64,000 nucleotides of DNA from Minutocellus sp. GHC0000111. Its lineage: Eukaryota. Where the stretch lies: contig OZ361258.1 in assembly GCA_977018835.1 (NCBI GenBank), positions 2,666,001-2,730,000 on the forward strand, read 5' to 3'. The notes under the pieces are model-generated. The model made no database searches and was not told where the DNA came from. It was given only the letters and a program-made list of their open reading frames with translations. The position numbers were made by a program, and so were the translations under genes. Below, in pieces: positions 62,443-64,000 of this stretch (the stretch's first letter is position 1; each line of letters starts with the position of its first letter).

Positions 62443-64000
62443 CTATCTCTGAAGGTCAGACAAAGTGAAAGTGGGCGCTCGTTTTCCGGTTACTTGCTCA
62501 TAAGCGATGCGTCTTGCGGTATCTTCGTAGGGATCGTGTTTCCTTGCTCGAAGAACATCGTCGAATCCTCTCTTCATCTCTTGTTGAATATTTTGGTAAA
62601 TATTGTGGCAGGCATCCTTGTCCTTGTGGTGGATATCTGCCGTGCTAAACGGCTTTCCGAAAACGAAATAATGCCGAGCTGGAAGTGGCTTAGGGAGGGC
62701 AAAGGGCGGTTGGAACAACTCGTCGCTATTTCCGGCGTCGAATCGTGCAGATATGGTATTGGCTGAATTATTGGCAATGCGTTCGCCAAGACCAAACGGT
62801 AATTGCACCAAATCCGGTGCATCAATCAAGATGTTGACACTGTCGGCGGCTCCAACGGCAGAGAGAGGCACAATAGTTGCGTTGAATCGCGCCGCTGTTC
62901 TTACAAAATCTGTGGTCTCGGGCCAAAACAACTGGTAAGCTTCGTCCTTGCCATGGAACACCTCCCTTACTCCTCCAGGGAACAGCAGACCCGCCTGCTT
63001 GGTTTGCATAAGGCGATAGTAGTTACGAGGTGTGACCATAACCGCGCCAAACTTCTGAAAAAGGCCGTCCTTGTTTGGATCACCTCCACCTGGAGGTTGC
63101 TGGCCTGTGGCAGGGCCACCTCCTGCAAATTGACCCCCACCAGCCGCAAAAATCACAGGATGTGCCAACCCTCTAGCCTTGATGTTGCGTTCTTCGATAA
63201 GCTGTGAAATGATGAGGCCTAAATCAATTCCACCAAACTGATGGTTGGCAACAAACAACAATGGTCTGCCCTCTTCTCCACTGGGGACATTGCCAAGCCC
63301 CATAATTCTCTTTCCGTTAGAGTCAGTACTGAAAAAGACGGGGCTGACGAGATTCCGAAGTGGTTTCACCTGCCTCTCAATGACGTCATGAACCTCCTCC
63401 TCAGGTGGTAACGACCAATCGGTAATTGGATCATATTTGGGCTCGTCTTTCTTGTTGAATGGGTCGAAATTTGTTGACTCGATAATTGCTTTCGTTAGAT
63501 TGACCCTCTCATCCAAAACGAAATGTCCAGATCCACGAACATCCAACTTCATTGCATCGGGCATTGTATCAACCAAGCGCTTTCCCTCCTCCTTGGTCGG
63601 GAGCATATTATCGTCTTGTCCAGCAACAATCAAAGTCGGCACATCGAGCTTGGAAAGGCGAGGATTGACAATTGAGGTACCGACCGGTAGCCATCTTCCC
63701 ACTCGAAATTCAAAGCTTCCGGCAGGCAGACTGGAGTCCAATATGCCAAAGCCGGCAACCATGCTCTCCATCGTCGCGGTAAGTTCTTCCGAATTTGTCA
63801 CAGAGCTTTGAAGGATCAAATCAACAATTCGCCGAAGCTGGGTGCTGTCTGGAATCGTTGCCGCCAATGCCAACCCACCGACGACGCTGTATGGAGATGG
63901 CAATTTGATGGGTCCAATGCTGGGAACATCTCGACTGTCGTCACGCAAATGTTTGAGAGTGCTCAACAAGGGAGCAAATACATCCCATTGCGTTTCATCA
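62443..64000 (-). CDS. Esterase/lipase-acyltransferase (phytyl ester synthase/ELT-like), 5' end outside window
   Basis: Hydrolase tail (DNMLP..E, GSGH) then LLFVANHQFGGID, RGLAHP, LLFPGGVRE, FVRTAARFNATIVP. Confidence 0.88.
   Translation of the reverse strand, partial: DETQWDVFAPLLSTLKHLRDDSRDVPSIGPIKLPSPYSVVGGLALAATIPDSTQLRRIVDLILQSSVTNSEELTATMESMVAGFGILDSSLPAGSFEFRVGRWLPVGTSIVNPRLSKLDVPTLIVAGQDDNMLPTKEEGKRLVDTMPDAMKLDVRGSGHFVLDERVNLTKAIIESTNFDPFNKKDEPKYDPITDWSLPPEEEVHDVIERQVKPLRNLVSPVFFSTDSNGKRIMGLGNVPSGEEGRPLLFVANHQFGGIDLGLIISQLIEERNIKARGLAHPVIFAAGGGQFAGGGPATGQQPPGGGDPNKDGLFQKFGAVMVTPRNYYRLMQTKQAGLLFPGGVREVFHGKDEAYQLFWPETTDFVRTAARFNATIVPLSAVGAADSVNILIDAPDLVQLPFGLGERIANNSANTISARFDAGNSDELFQPPFALPKPLPARHYFVFGKPFSTADIHHKDKDACHNIYQNIQQEMKRGFDDVLRARKHDPYEDTARRIAYEQVTGKRAPTFTLSDLQR

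Overview
Eukaryotic, gene-dense and intron-poor DNA, probably from a diatom or related stramenopile. The basis is bipartite signal+ASAF-like plastid presequences, a CoDi-like Copia element, a CryptonS-like tyrosine recombinase and a GT-AG intron. Three nested events shape the window. (1) A Crypton-like tyrosine-recombinase element (~7620-16727) is split by (2) a 6.2-kb Ty1/Copia LTR retrotransposon (9890-16097, minus strand, TSD TTGAC, near-identical LTRs). (3) A near-perfect 14,576-bp tandem duplication (16047-30622 / 30623-45198) starts inside the Copia LTR. It doubles eight host loci, including DNA polymerase kappa, and creates an in-frame LTR-ANTH chimeric ORF. The most striking signal is a transposon-focused, strand-symmetric TpA->CpA/TpG hypermutation, the reverse of fungal RIP. 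Conserved Tyr codons become His/Cys and Leu/Ile/Val become Pro/Thr/Ala, with clustered 2-4 bp tandem micro-duplications. The LTR ends and PBS stay TpA-rich and the young duplication appears untouched. This suggests a DNA-level, adenine-deamination-type genome defence that I do not recognise as described. All counts are by eye, and family consensus residues are from memory of Copia/Crypton proteins, so they need alignment to confirm.
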